A stretch of DNA of 64,000 nucleotides, taken from positions 113,958,001 through 114,022,000 of the forward strand of contig NC_087437.1 of NCBI RefSeq assembly GCF_036321535.1. Direction: 5' to 3'. This DNA comes from Camelus dromedarius. Taxonomy: Eukaryota. The notes below the pieces were generated by a model. That model saw only the letters and a program-made list of their open reading frames with translations, ran no database searches and was not told the DNA's origin. Position numbers and translations under genes: made by a program. Of the stretch, positions 25,811-37,669 are shown one piece after another; position 1 is the stretch's first letter; the number at the start of each line of letters is the position of its first letter.

Positions 25811-27089
25811 AATATTATGTAAAGTGTTTTCAGTACCTTGAGTCCTCAGACTTTCTGTTAATTTTTTTTTTGGCGATGCCAAGATGAGGGTAGGATTTGA
25901 ATCATTTACTTAACCCCACAGTAATGGGGCAATAGACACAACACTTTGAAACACCACTCCTGGGTACTTGTAGAGACTCACGCAAAAGTGAAAAATAAAC
26001 AAGCATATAAGATTAAGAAGAAAATTATCATTTTGGTGGGAGGGGAGGGCATAGTCACTCCAAATTCTGCCTTCAGTAGAGTTGCAAGTTGTCATTACAG
26101 GTCCTCATCTTACTGATTGGTTCGAGCACAATGGCAGAACATGGACATCTAAATGATCCATTTACCTCGTAGCCAGAATTAAAAGCCCTTTTTTAGGGAG
26201 CTCAAAATGTCAAGAGGCAGAGTCATGCTGCGGATTGATTCTGTAGATGAGAACATTTCCACCAGAGCATTTGGCCTGTGAGATGTCTAAGTAGATTAAT
26301 TGAAGTAGAAATGCATTATTTATTATTTAACACTTAGTGAAAGCCATCCATGAGCTGGGCTTAATAATGATTTCTTTGAGATACTTACTGATGAATGAGA
26401 ACTAGATAAACATAACCAAATATTATTTGGAAGGTTTATCAAGTTTCAAAATCAGAACTTTTTTTTTTTTTGGAAGGAGCAATTGTGATTGTCCCTTTGG
26501 ACACTGCAGAAGATAAGGCTTCTGGTACATAGGAAGCTCTGAGAATTAGACTGTTTAGACAAGGAAGGGGCGGGGGTTTGACAATGGTGATGGAGGTCTC
26601 TTCTGTCAGGGCCGTGATTCTTATTCCTGCAGATAAATCTAGGGGACCCATCACAGGAATATACTGACTGACCTTGGAACTCCTGATGGTGACAGCTCAT
26701 TATTTTAGGATTGAAGGAAGACTTCTCTTCCGATTTCAAATGTCTGGATTGCTGGAAAAGCTGAATTTACAAATTCTGATCCATATCCAGATACGGGAAA
26801 GCTGATCTTCTGCCTGGACAGTGGTGTCACTCCCGGAGTGCCTCCAGGTCCCTCCGCAGGAGCTTCCCTGCGCCCGAGTGGCACTCTGTTTCTGCAGTTA
26901 CTTCACTCAGCACAGACTGATCCAGGGGCCTGCTTTTCCAATGGGGGCAGCCTGTGACTGGGGGACCACTAACCTGTGGCTTCTGGCTTTAAGAGAGTGG
27001 GTAGAAGGTACAAATGATTAATTATCCCTTCACCTCCAAAGATGGCCTCATCATGCCCTCACCGTGACATCATGATGAAGTCTAATGCT

Positions 27090-27230
27090 TCTAGTTTCAT
27101 GATCCGGGCAAAGTACTTAAACTTCCTGGAGTTCACCTTCTTTATTGTAAGTGGCATCAGGCACAGAGAGACACTCTCGCGCTTTCTCCAGTAGATTACG
27201 CATAACCAGCGCATGATGTGTGCTGGGCAC
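27090..27230 (+). mobile_element. MIR SINE fragment
   Basis: TGATCCGGGCAAAGTACTTAAACTTCCTGGAGTTCACCTTCTTTATTGTAAGTGG, MIR core-like. Confidence 0.5.
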
Positions 27231-27269
27231 TCCATGCCTCTCCTTCTTTTTCCTTTTTCATTGTCTTGT

Positions 27270-27830
27270 ATTAAGAACATTTAACATGTGATCTATCCTC
27301 TTAACACATTTTTAAGTGCACGGTACACTACTGTTAACTGCAGGCGCGATGTTGTGCAGCAGATCTGCAGAGCTTACTCGTCTAGCATAACTGAAGCTTG
27401 GCCCCATTTAACAGCAACTCCCCGCTTCTCCTCCCACAGCCCCTGGCAACCACCATTCTACTCTCTGCTTCTATCACTTTGACTGTTTCAGATACCTCAT
27501 ATAAATGGAATCATGCAATATCCGTCCTTCTGTGACTGGCTTATTTCATTTGGAATGTCTTCAAGGTCCACCCATGTATTGTTGCATATGGCGGGACTTC
27601 CTTTTAAGGCTAAGTAATATTCCATTGTACATATATTCCACATTGTCTTTTTCCATTCATTTGTCGATGGACATTTAGGTTGTTTCCACACCCTGGCTGT
27701 TGTGAATAGCACTGCAATAAATATGGGGATGCAGATATATCTCTGAGACCCTAATTTCAATTATTTTAAATTAATACTCAGAAGTGGGATTTTTTAATCA
27801 TGTGATAGTTCTAGTTTTAATTTTTTCGAC
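27270..27830 (-). mobile_element. L1MA-type 3' end including a decayed ORF2 C-terminus
   Basis: ORF 27497-27760(-) reads ICIPIFIAVLFTTARVWKQPKCPSTNEW...TMEYY, the conserved L1 ORF2 C-terminal motif; 3' UTR CCCCTGGCAACCACCATTCTACTCTCTGCTTCTAT. Confidence 0.92.
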
Positions 27831-29398
27831 CTTACCCCCCAAACTTCTCCGACACTGACTTCTAACTTTAAGTTTCTTTACACATAGCATGGACTCCAAA
27901 ATCTACCCCTCAACTCCTCACTTCCAGTGCCACCCAGTTTCTATTTTTTTTCTGACAATTTCTAAGTATTTTGTGAGTTAGGGTTTTGGTTTTTTTGGTT
28001 TTTTTTTTAGCTGATTGATGGGATTGAAATTCTTATGTAACTGCCAGCAGTGACTTCAATGGAAGGGATGACTGCTGAACTCTGAAAGGTTAACACTGAA
28101 CTTCAGAGTAGTTTATGAGACCACATTTTATAAACAAGATTTCCTAACCAGCTCGAACAACGAGAAAGTCAAGTTTGGGATTCCCATGCTTTCCGTGTTT
28201 ATTTATTTGACTGTTTTGGTTTTATTATTATTCAAGAATAAGTAGTACACTCTCATTTGATATGTAGGGGTTTGAATATTTAATTTTTTCAGAAGATTTA
28301 CCTTTTCATAAAATCACAAGATTTAGCACAATGTGACAAATATGTCTAAGTAAACACCTTGAAGGCAATGTCAGAAAGGATATTTACTTATGATTACAAT
28401 CAGTGGCATAAACTATAGTTGATTTCCAAAAATATCAAATTTAAAGTGGAACCGTATCACGTGTGATAGTTTGATTGACATGAAATTCACACATTAATTC
28501 CTTAAATGCTTCCTTGTGATGCTGTCTGATAAAATATGTTCTTTGAAAGGGTCTCCTCTCTGCCACACACATTTTTAATTCCTACCTCCTGATATTTTTA
28601 TATGAACTAAACATTGATCTTGGTGTTCTTTGCAGATGAGATTTGGTTCATTCAGATCTACGACTCAGTGGAAAAAGACAACACACATTTCCGCAGAGCA
28701 GACTTGGGAGCGCACAGACCTGGGAAAGCATCATGCCAAGTCTGATCACAGCTCTGCTGGCCCTCTTTAGCTTGCCGGGTCCCCTTTGCCGTCTGTGCAT
28801 TCTTCAGTTCCTGCTTTGAGATGCAGCGTGCCGCCTGAATGATCGCTGAGCTTCCCCTAAGTCCCTCTCACATTGCTGGCCTTTTCTGTGATACGGATGT
28901 GTGTGTTTATCACTGCTCTGACAATTGATGCCAATGAAAAAAAATTATACAGCCTTTGACAGTGCATTTCTTGTTCTTTTATCCTGCACAAAGCCACTGA
29001 GTTAGGGGCAAAAATAAAGGATTCCTGAAACATCTGTGGTAAGCTGGTCTTGCCTTACCGGGTGAAAACATTTGAGAGAGGTACTCAGTGTGAAATGGAG
29101 AGTTTGCCTAAGAACCCCTGCAAAGGAAATCAAGAAGACCCTGCTCTCTGATCACTGAGCTGCTTTCTGTTGCCAAATATCTTGAATACCAAAAGATGAT
29201 GAATTTATAGGACTTTGGCTACACGTTTCCCACAGGCTACTGGAACTTATGCACTGAGGACTCCAAATGCTGTGTTCTCACTCACATCCACAAATGTGGA
29301 CAGTCTCTGGGGCCAGGTTGCAAATACAGATTTCAGAAGTCTTTTTGGGGGGGAAGAAAATGATAACACAGCAGTGGAATAACTGACGGCAGGTAACA

Positions 29399-29399
<1 letters not shown>

Positions 29400-29432
<33 letters not shown>
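29400..29432. repeat. (AAC)11 microsatellite
   Basis: Directly visible. Confidence 0.95.
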
Positions 29433-29433
<1 letters not shown>

Positions 29434-29939
29434 CGTCATGTCTTTAAAGGTGGATAATTTTTGTTTTATTATATTTGACAAATCCCCAGAAATTCTTCCA
29501 AAAGACCACACTTACCTAAAATTAGATTTGTGTGTGTTATCGAATTGCCTTTTTCTCTTCTCAAAGAACAAAAGAATGAAAACAGAAGAGTTTCTTTGGC
29601 AGTGGGAAGCGCTGCGTGAGCAAATTTCCATGCAAATTTAAATTTGTTGTTGGTATGTGGAAAGCCAGCTTCATTAAAGTGATATGGAAGTTGCTTGTCT
29701 AGTGTTGGCAACTGTATTATATGGCAGACACGTGATTCCTAGGGACTCTTGGAAGTTACTCTCAAAAGAGTGCTTATCACAGCAGACACTGTTTCTCATT
29801 GGACGTCTTGCATGGAGGGAAGAATGTGAGGGAGAACAAGAGAGAACACGTAGATGAGAAAGAATGCTGGCGAGTTAACGGCAGTAGGCAAGAAAGAACT
29901 CATCACAGGGACGGAAGACTAGGCAATGTGCGGCAGCCA

Positions 29940-30485
29940 TCTTGCTGGAGAGTGGGTCTTTGTCTTATGAGGGAAAGAATTCAAGAGTGAGCCACAGTGA
30001 AGTAAAAGTAGATTCATTCAGGGAAATACACATTCCACATACAGAATTCAGGCTGTCTCAGAAGGCCAGAGAGGCGACCCAAGAGAGGTACATTCCATAG
30101 GGAGAATGCGGTCCATCTCATTCAGAAGGGAGAGTGGCCACGAGGCATGGGGGGTGGTTAGTTTTCATGGGCTGGGTAATTTCGTAGGCTAACAAGTGAG
30201 AGGGTTATTCCAAGTGTTTTGGGGGAGGAGTGGGGATTTCCAGGAAGTGGGCCCTGCCCACTTTGGGGCCTCGTATAGTCAGCCTGGGAACTGTCATGGT
30301 GCTTGCAGGCATGTCATTTACCACGCTGATGTATTGCAATGGGTGCGTAAGGAGGCTCAAGGTTTACTGGAGGTTGAATCTTCTGCCATCTTGGGCCTAA
30401 CTGGTTCTAACCAGTTTATGTCCTATCCTCAGTTGCTGTGTCCTTCTTGTAATGGTTGTGCCCTGCCCTCTTCCCTCCTGTCTTA
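29940..30485 (-). mobile_element. ERV1-type solo LTR
   Basis: 4-bp TSD GCCA at 29936-29939 and 30486-30489; termini TC..TA are one substitution each from TG..CA; GGAAAGAATTCAAGAGTGAG and GCCATCTTGG motifs are typical of antisense class-I LTRs. Confidence 0.8.
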
Positions 30486-31363
30486 GCCACATTGCCCTTG
30501 ATCTTGTTTATTCTCATTTACCAAGGCCCTGGGCATAGAGTGTAGTCATGCAAAGGACCAGGATCTGACACACACTCCCCCTTCCCTTGGGGGCAGACAC
30601 CAGCCTCTCTGCACTCAGTGTGACCTCTCCTTTAAGAAGGGGTTGGTTGTTTGACTGGTGCTACAGCCCCTAGTTATTTTCCATGAGATGTTTGTCCTCA
30701 CAAAGAGGCACAGAGAACCTGCTGGCTCATCTCACTTGGGCATCAGTCTTTTGATGATGTTCTTCCCCCGTGAGAAGCCGATTAAGGATCCTTTGTGCAC
30801 TCAGTAGACCCAAGCTGGGACTGCCACCTCACTTCCACTGTGTAATTTCATTCCTAGTTTTAAAATATCTGGTATTATTTCTTGTATACCTGGAGGTATG
30901 ACAGGCTAGATTATGCTGTTCTGGAAGGAAGCAAGAGGGTAGAATCTATTGGTTAGAAAAGAGATCTTTCAGTAACTAAAATAAGTTGTGTGCTCAGTAA
31001 CAGAAAGAGAGAAAAGGACTGAATCGTATGTTTGCCTCTTCAATGTTTAGCATCAGCTAATTTTTTGATTGACTTAACATCCGTAACAAACTGTAGACAT
31101 GAAATCATAAGCATTCTTAAAGAACTGAAAGACTAGGCAGGATCTAACTATGAAGTCCAACACAAGCGGAGAAATACTTGATTGAATGCCAATTTTTAAT
31201 ATGTAAAAATCAAGGATGGTTAAGCTCCAACAATTATTAAGCAACTGGCAAATTGTTTTCCTTTTACATTAAAAGACATCTCTATTGATTAAACATATTA
31301 CATGTTTAATCAATGTCCAGCATTCTTTGGCCCTCAAAGCTTCTGAGGTAAATCTTATTATCA

Positions 31364-31555
31364 AGAGTTGCTGGATTTAGCAGGTAAAAATACAAGATGC
31401 TCAGCTAAATTTGAATTTCAGATAAACAATGAATAATATTTTAGTATAGTATGGCTTATGCTATATTTGAGACATAGCTATACAAAAACATTATTTGCTG
31501 TTCATCTAAAATACACAGATGATTAATTTGGGGGCTATAATCTTGGTAAAACTCT
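31364..31555 (+). mobile_element. MER53 palindromic hAT MITE
   Basis: AGAGTTGCTGGATTTAGCAGGTAAAAATACAAGATGCTCAGCTAAATTTGAATTTCAGATAAACAATGAATAAT matches the MER53 left arm; the right arm is its degenerate reverse complement. Confidence 0.88.
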
Positions 31556-32019
31556 TCTCAGGCACTATTTGGTTCTAATCTTTGAGTACATTTTATATAC
31601 ATAACTGGCCTATATATGAGTATAGGTGTGTATACAACTGGGTTAAGCCCAGCTTCATGGAAGCACTGAGATGTTTCCACAGTGGGTTTGTATGCTTCGG
31701 AATCTGTCATTCCTTGTCTTCCTAACTCCCAAATTACGCTGAATGGGCCCTTGGAGAGACTGTGCCAATTTACCTAAGATTTGTGCTAAACTGCCTTATA
31801 CACTTAAAAATGAAATATGACAGAATGGTCTGGGTTTAAAACATTGAGTCAGACCAAAGCCTCTGGCTTAAAATAAAACTGTGAGCACAAAAACATGGCA
31901 TAAACAAGATGTGGTTTAAAAGGTCGATGCCTGGAAAACCTTCGAGAAGCCAGCATCAAACCTCAGACCCTCAATCTTAATTTTCTCAAGCCTCTCAAGA
32001 AATGTATTTGAAGTTTAAC

Positions 32020-32247
32020 TGGTACTCACATTGCACTTACATGGCAGGCCTGACTCTGTAGCTCTTACTCGTTAATCCACGTAAAGCCTCATGATGCAGA
32101 GACCCTATTATTATTCCAGTGCGATCGAGGAGGAAACTGCGGAGTAGAGGGATTAAATGACACCCCAAAGTCATATAACTAGTAAGCGGTTAAGCGAGGA
32201 TTCCAACCCTGCCACACTGGCCCCGGAAGCCACGCTCTGAACCATTA
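32020..32247 (-). mobile_element. MIR SINE, near full length
   Basis: TATTATTATTCC...GAGGAAACTGCGG...AGAGGGATTAAATGAC...CAAAGTCATAT...GGATTCCAACCC...GCTCTGAACCA. Confidence 0.75.
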
Positions 32248-32339
32248 AGCGGTGGAACCACTTCCACTTGTTACACAATTTTGGAAACAGATCAAGAATT
32301 CTCTGCACACATGAGAAAGCATGTGATACGTTCATCGTT

Positions 32340-32545
32340 TCCAAGACTATTTTACGAACATCATCTCATTCGGGTCTTAGAGCACCTGAATGTGGTGGAA
32401 AAGGCAAATGTTAAGTGTTGTTATGGCCATTTTTGTAGATGAAGAGATTGAGGGGAGGCAGGGGACGCATCACTGGGCCAGCCTCAGTCAATTAGTAAAT
32501 GCTACGTGGCCTAGTCTAAGCCCCATTCTCTTTCCTCTCTGCCTA
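32340..32545 (-). mobile_element. MIR/MIR3 fragment
   Basis: CATCATCTCATT...CCATTTTTGTAGATGAAGAGATTGAGG. Confidence 0.5.
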
Positions 32546-34299
32546 TGTTCGCTATGGAAATGAAAGTGGAACCCATAAAATGCAGAGAACAATGGTTTTG
32601 CTCACATTTTAAATCTGGATTTTTGAATGCAGGCATGTCCTTAAGTCTGGGATTCTGGGAGTTGGAGGCAGGCCTCTGCTTGGTCAGGCAGTATCCAAGG
32701 GAAGAGAAACCATCACTCTGACTTTTCTTGGTGATTTGAGGGTGGCTTGGAGGCTATGCCAAAATGGGAAGCTTGAGTATCATTACAGAGGAAATCCCTA
32801 ATCTGGACACTGTGATACCAAGTGCAATAACAAACAGGTCACTAAAACCAGGCTTCTGCCAACTGGGGGACCGGCACCATCAAAACTCTGCTAGTTCTTA
32901 AGGTGCTCATCCGTACTGAAATGGCAATTATAAATGAATGCACCAAAATTTAGAATGCTGGGTAGACCTCATCTTCCCAAAGTGAGTTTTCTAAGCACCA
33001 AGTTTTACTGCTGGGAAATTACTAGGGTCCGGTATTAAGAACCAAGGTTTAGATCTAAAACAAAAATTAGAGCGCTTTTGAGTAGAAAGAGACATTGGTA
33101 TTTACAATGGATAGTCTAGAAAAACAGGAGAAATGAATGACTTTTCAGAGCGAAAGGAGAAATAAGCTGTGAAAATAGCTACCTTTGTTTAACTCAAAGT
33201 GAGTCACTGTCTGTAGAATTCTCTTGAAAGGGAATGTGGGCGGCCAGGCCAGTTGCCACTGTGATCTTCTGAGATGTCGGCGCAGGCAACAGGCCTGCTA
33301 ATGAGACCTCAGAAGTGTCTGATCATCTCCTCTAATTGCTCTAAATAATTGGAGAACTGCTTGGCCTGGCCTCCCCTTCCCAAAGACGGCCAGCTCAAAT
33401 ATGCAAATCTAAAATTATTTGAATACTGTTCTAATTAAAGTCTGGGCTACCCATTATTTGCTGAAGAACAAAACAATGACTTTAAAAAAAAAACCCACTC
33501 ACTATCAAATCCTTCATTTTAAGCTTCACTGAACTCCCCAAATTACCCACAGGCAGTCTTGACAGGGACCACTTTACAAGGGAGTGGATGACCTCTAATT
33601 AAGACACAAGGAACTTCTAGTTATGTTAATACTTGAAATTGAAATTGGTTTGACCTATGCAATTCCACAACATACCACCAAGTAAATCTCAAATCCAGGC
33701 ACCTTACAGTTGGCAAAACATCTAATAAGTAGATTGCAATGTTTACAAGTTCCAGCTCCCTCCTCCCTGTAGTGATTACACTATGGAATGGCAAGTCTAT
33801 AATGTCATAGTGATGACATGGTTTTCTGTAGGGACTTTATCCAACAAAGGATGTTGGACAATTGTTACTAGATCTTTTTTCCACCAGGAGTGGAGGTCTG
33901 CAGTGCACACTTTTATTCAGACTCTCTTAACTGGAGTAGCCTCTCAAACTCTCTCCACTCAGCCTTTCAACACTTTTGAAATGAATCTCATCTTCTCTCT
34001 TCTCCCTAACTTACACTCCATCCTTCCTTGTGCTCCAAGACACCTTTCCTTCACTAGCCTCTCTGATAATGACTTTGAGGTTTACATTTACATTTTTAGC
34101 CTTTTGCAATACCCACTTGAGTAAGACTCAGTCCCATTTTACCATAACTCTCCAGAAGAAGTTACAAAATCTTGCCTTCTCTTTTAATGTGTATGGATTC
34201 CATCTCTTCACTTAAATCCTGTATCCCTCAGTCTCAGAAAAAAAAGGAAAACTCTAAACTTTTCTCAACCATACTTTTGTTCTCTCTCTCCCATTCCTC

Positions 34300-35240
34300 A
34301 TCACTGCCAAATTCTTAAAAGTGCGTTACTTCCTCATCACGCAATGGTCCTTTGACCTTTCCAATCTGTTCTTCAGCCCTATACCAGAGATAAGTTTTCT
34401 GCAGAAATTAAATGTTAAGGAACTCCTGCTTTAGAATCAGAGACCAAGAGTTGGAACCCCAGTTTTTCCAAAGGTTAACGATATTGAATCTGTTTAATTG
34501 TAACCTACCTCCTTAATTTCTTTTTTGTCATCTTAAAATAGAGTTAGAATAAATATCACTGTTTTATGGGTACTTATTACAATAATACAGTGAGTTGTTG
34601 CAGGGATTAAGTAACATAGTGCTTAGTGCTATAGTGGTCTCATCCTGAGCGATCAGTAGGGCTGCATGTTGGATGATTTTATTGTTGTTATCATGCCAAA
34701 AGGCCGAATACAATAATCATTTCCAATTTTCAAGTCCTTTAGCTTCTCTGCACCTTCTGTTTCCAAATTAAGTTGCTTCAGTGCATTCCTTGCCTCTCTC
34801 CCATGCAGGAAGCTCGTGTAATTCTGTTCTTATCTCTGCTGTTGTCTCTCCTGCCTTCAGTGGATCCAGCTCCTCCCCCGGCCGGATGTGGATGGTCTTC
34901 AGGAGTCTGTTGTCAGTTGACCTCCACCCCTCCCACACTCTTCTCCCTTGTGATTTCCCCATGACCAGGACTCACATCATCCCTGTTCTGTCCATGAGTC
35001 ACTCCCAAATGTGGAGGGCCAGTATCAGCCTCGCCCATAAACTATCTGCTGAACAGATCCAGATACATCAGCATATCCCACCAGCACATTAAATCTCACA
35101 CATTAAAAACCAAGCATCTTTTCCCTCCCTTCCTTATAAAGCCTATTCCACTCGACCTTATTTCTGTGAAAACCATTACCAACTCCCAGATCCCAAGTTA
35201 TGAAACTGAGAGCCATCTCCAGCTCCCTCTCATTTACTCT
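34300..35240 (+). mobile_element. L2 LINE fragments with a nested MIR (about 34430-34660)
   Basis: TTAGAATCAGAGACCAAGAGTTGGAACCCCAG (MIR) within pyrimidine-rich L2 sequence (ACTCCCAAAT, CAGCATATCC, AAACTGAGAGCCATCTCCAGCTCCCTCTC). Confidence 0.5.
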
Positions 35241-35879
35241 CAAAGTTAATTTCATCTCTCAGAGAGACACAGAGGACTGTTACCCTGAATCCAAGCAGAT
35301 GGTTGGAATAAGAAGAAAGGAAATTTCAAAGAAAGTGTTATTTTTAACATTGTAATGGCTGCAAAAGAACTAAGGAAAACAGAAGTTTCATTTGACAGCT
35401 ACCATGTTCCAAAGCAGTACAAAGGAAAAGATATTATTTCAAGAAGGAAGGGAATCTTGAAAAAATGAAGTTCTGATGAGAAACTGGGAATATCTTTGAT
35501 AAGGAAGATTGAGGATGGATGTCTACAAGGATAAGGGCTGTCCAGGGCCATCAGTGAGCTGGAGCCACTCCAAGACATGGACAGCAGAAGGAACAAGGGA
35601 CTTATAACCAGCAGTACCAGCTTGTAATAAGATTATTGGAAATTCTGAAGTCCAGGAGACTAAGTCTTTTAAAAATTCCTAAGGACTAAAAAGAAAGCGT
35701 GGGTTTTATTGTTACATTGCACTGAGAAAGAGGGTAACTTTATATCACAGACAATGGAAGCAAATTTAAACTACCTCAGTTCTCATTCGGCATCCATCTC
35801 TTCTGTTGAGAATCCACTTTGCCCTGAAAAGACTTTGTGCTGTGATAAAACTGATGTCTGAGCTAGTGATGGGGACAGT

Positions 35880-36070
35880 CGACATTAATTGAGTACTTCC
35901 TGTGTGCCGTATGCATTCTCAGTTTGTCCTCACTACCACTCTCTAAATTAGAAAGAGAGGTTTACAGATGAAGGAACTGACACTCCAAGAAGCTGACAGC
36001 ACTTAGCTAAATAGCAGAGCCAAGATTTGTATACTATGAACTCTGAAGGTCAAGTTCACTACTATGTGAT
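35880..36070 (-). mobile_element. MIR SINE fragment
   Basis: ATTGAGTACTTCCTGTGTGCC...TTTACAGATGAAGGAACTGA...GCAGAGCCAAGATTTG. Confidence 0.6.
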
Positions 36071-37006
36071 GACACTTCTCGAGTCTGGTATCCTTATGAC
36101 CCCAACCCCAGGCCTGCGACATTTGGCAGGTGTGACCACTGAATCATTACGAATCTCTAAAGAACCATAGAAACTAGGGGAGAAAAACTGAGACTGTTGA
36201 AATATACAGGCATCGATTTTCAATGGGGAACAAGGTCAATTCTGCAAAATGATAATTATAACAGGATTCAAGAATCAATTGTTATGTAGGTGGTTGGGAC
36301 GAGGCTTAAACAAGGGGCACCACAGGCTCTTCAAAAACAAAGTCAGAACAACTGCCTTTTCATCTTTTCTGCCGTGAGTTTACAAGGTAGGGAATCAGGA
36401 GACTGCAGCAGATGTGGAACATCTCAGACTGGAGGGGAAGGCACTTCCAGGCTGGTTAGGAGATATTTAAGCTCACATATAACATCTTCACCAAGGTGTC
36501 ACTTTGTCATCTCTAGTGTATGGACCTCACTGAATCATAATGATGCATTTCAGATATGAAGAGTTGAGACTATTTGGGAAAGCGTGGTTAAGTCAGCAAG
36601 TATTGTCTTACCACTTGGAGGAATTCAGCACAAACCTGGTCCTCCTTTCTACCTGAGAGTGCTTCCTGTGTGAGCACAGATGCCGGACTCCTCACTCACA
36701 CTTCCTAGCCTTGTTTTTTCAATCAGCCTTCCTTGGAGAAGAGTTTTGTCATTTACGTCAACAGTCTCCAACTTGCTATACAGCGCCAGAACCAAGCAGG
36801 GAGCCTCTTAATATGCTAGAGAACTTTTTGAAGTGTAAGATCATTCCATCATTCAGACAAGACTAGAAAACATTAAATCTGACATTCAGCTTTATCAATT
36901 CATATCATTCTATTTTATTTGCTTCAAATCTCTTTTTAGAAACCATTACAGACACACTGACTCCCCCATTTACTGTCCCCAGATGCCATTCATTTCCCTC
37001 CCTCCC

Positions 37007-37236
37007 TGTTATGAGTTGATTTGTGTCCCTTGAGAATTCCTATGTTGAAGTCCTAATCCCCCAGGTCCTCAGAATGTGACCTTATTGAAATTCAGTCATT
37101 GCGGATGTAATTAGTTAAGATGAGGTCATACAGGAGAAGGGACTTCTGGCCTCCAGAACTGTGAGATGATACATCTGTGTCGTTTAAGCTCCCAGTTTGT
37201 GGAACTTTGTTATGGCAGCCCTAGCAAACTAATATA
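37007..37236 (+). mobile_element. MLT1B-like solo LTR with internal deletion, nested in an old L1 3' end (about 36940-37440, minus strand)
   Basis: TGTTATGAGTTGATTTGTGTCCC...GATGAGGTCATAC joined directly to GGACTTCTGGCCTCCAGAACTGTGAGA...GCAGCCCTAGCAAACTAATA. Confidence 0.85.
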
Positions 37237-37669
37237 CCTCCAAAGGTGTTCACTACCACGGCTTAAGCATTTACCACTCATAGAGACACATGGTAATATA
37301 GATCTATAAATATTTAAAAATACTGTTTACGGTGTATAAATTTTATATACATGTTGTGAGATTGTATGTATTCTTCAACAACTTGCATTTTTCCTGTTTT
37401 TTGAGATTTATCCCTGTGATTATAGACGTCCTAGTTTATAGTTTCTCATTCAGTGGGCTACAGAAATGCCAAAATTAGATTCCCCAGGTAGACTGGGAAG
37501 GGCAGGGGATGGTTAACCCCCCAAGGAGATTTCCATGATAGATTTCTCAAAATTCTTCGGTGTTACATGAAATAATAAGGGTTAGAAATGGCCATTCTCA
37601 TTCATTTATTTTAGGTTTCATACTGGAATCCACTATAAGAATAAACCATGATTTATTTGCCCATTGCAT

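Noticed and set aside
27497..27760. ORF with a WKQPKCPS motif
   Set aside because: Decayed L1 ORF2 C-terminus, not a host gene.
28636..28860. Acceptor-like TTCTTTGCAG followed by ATG
   Set aside because: The frames close within about 45 codons, there is no clear donor, and no homology was recognised.
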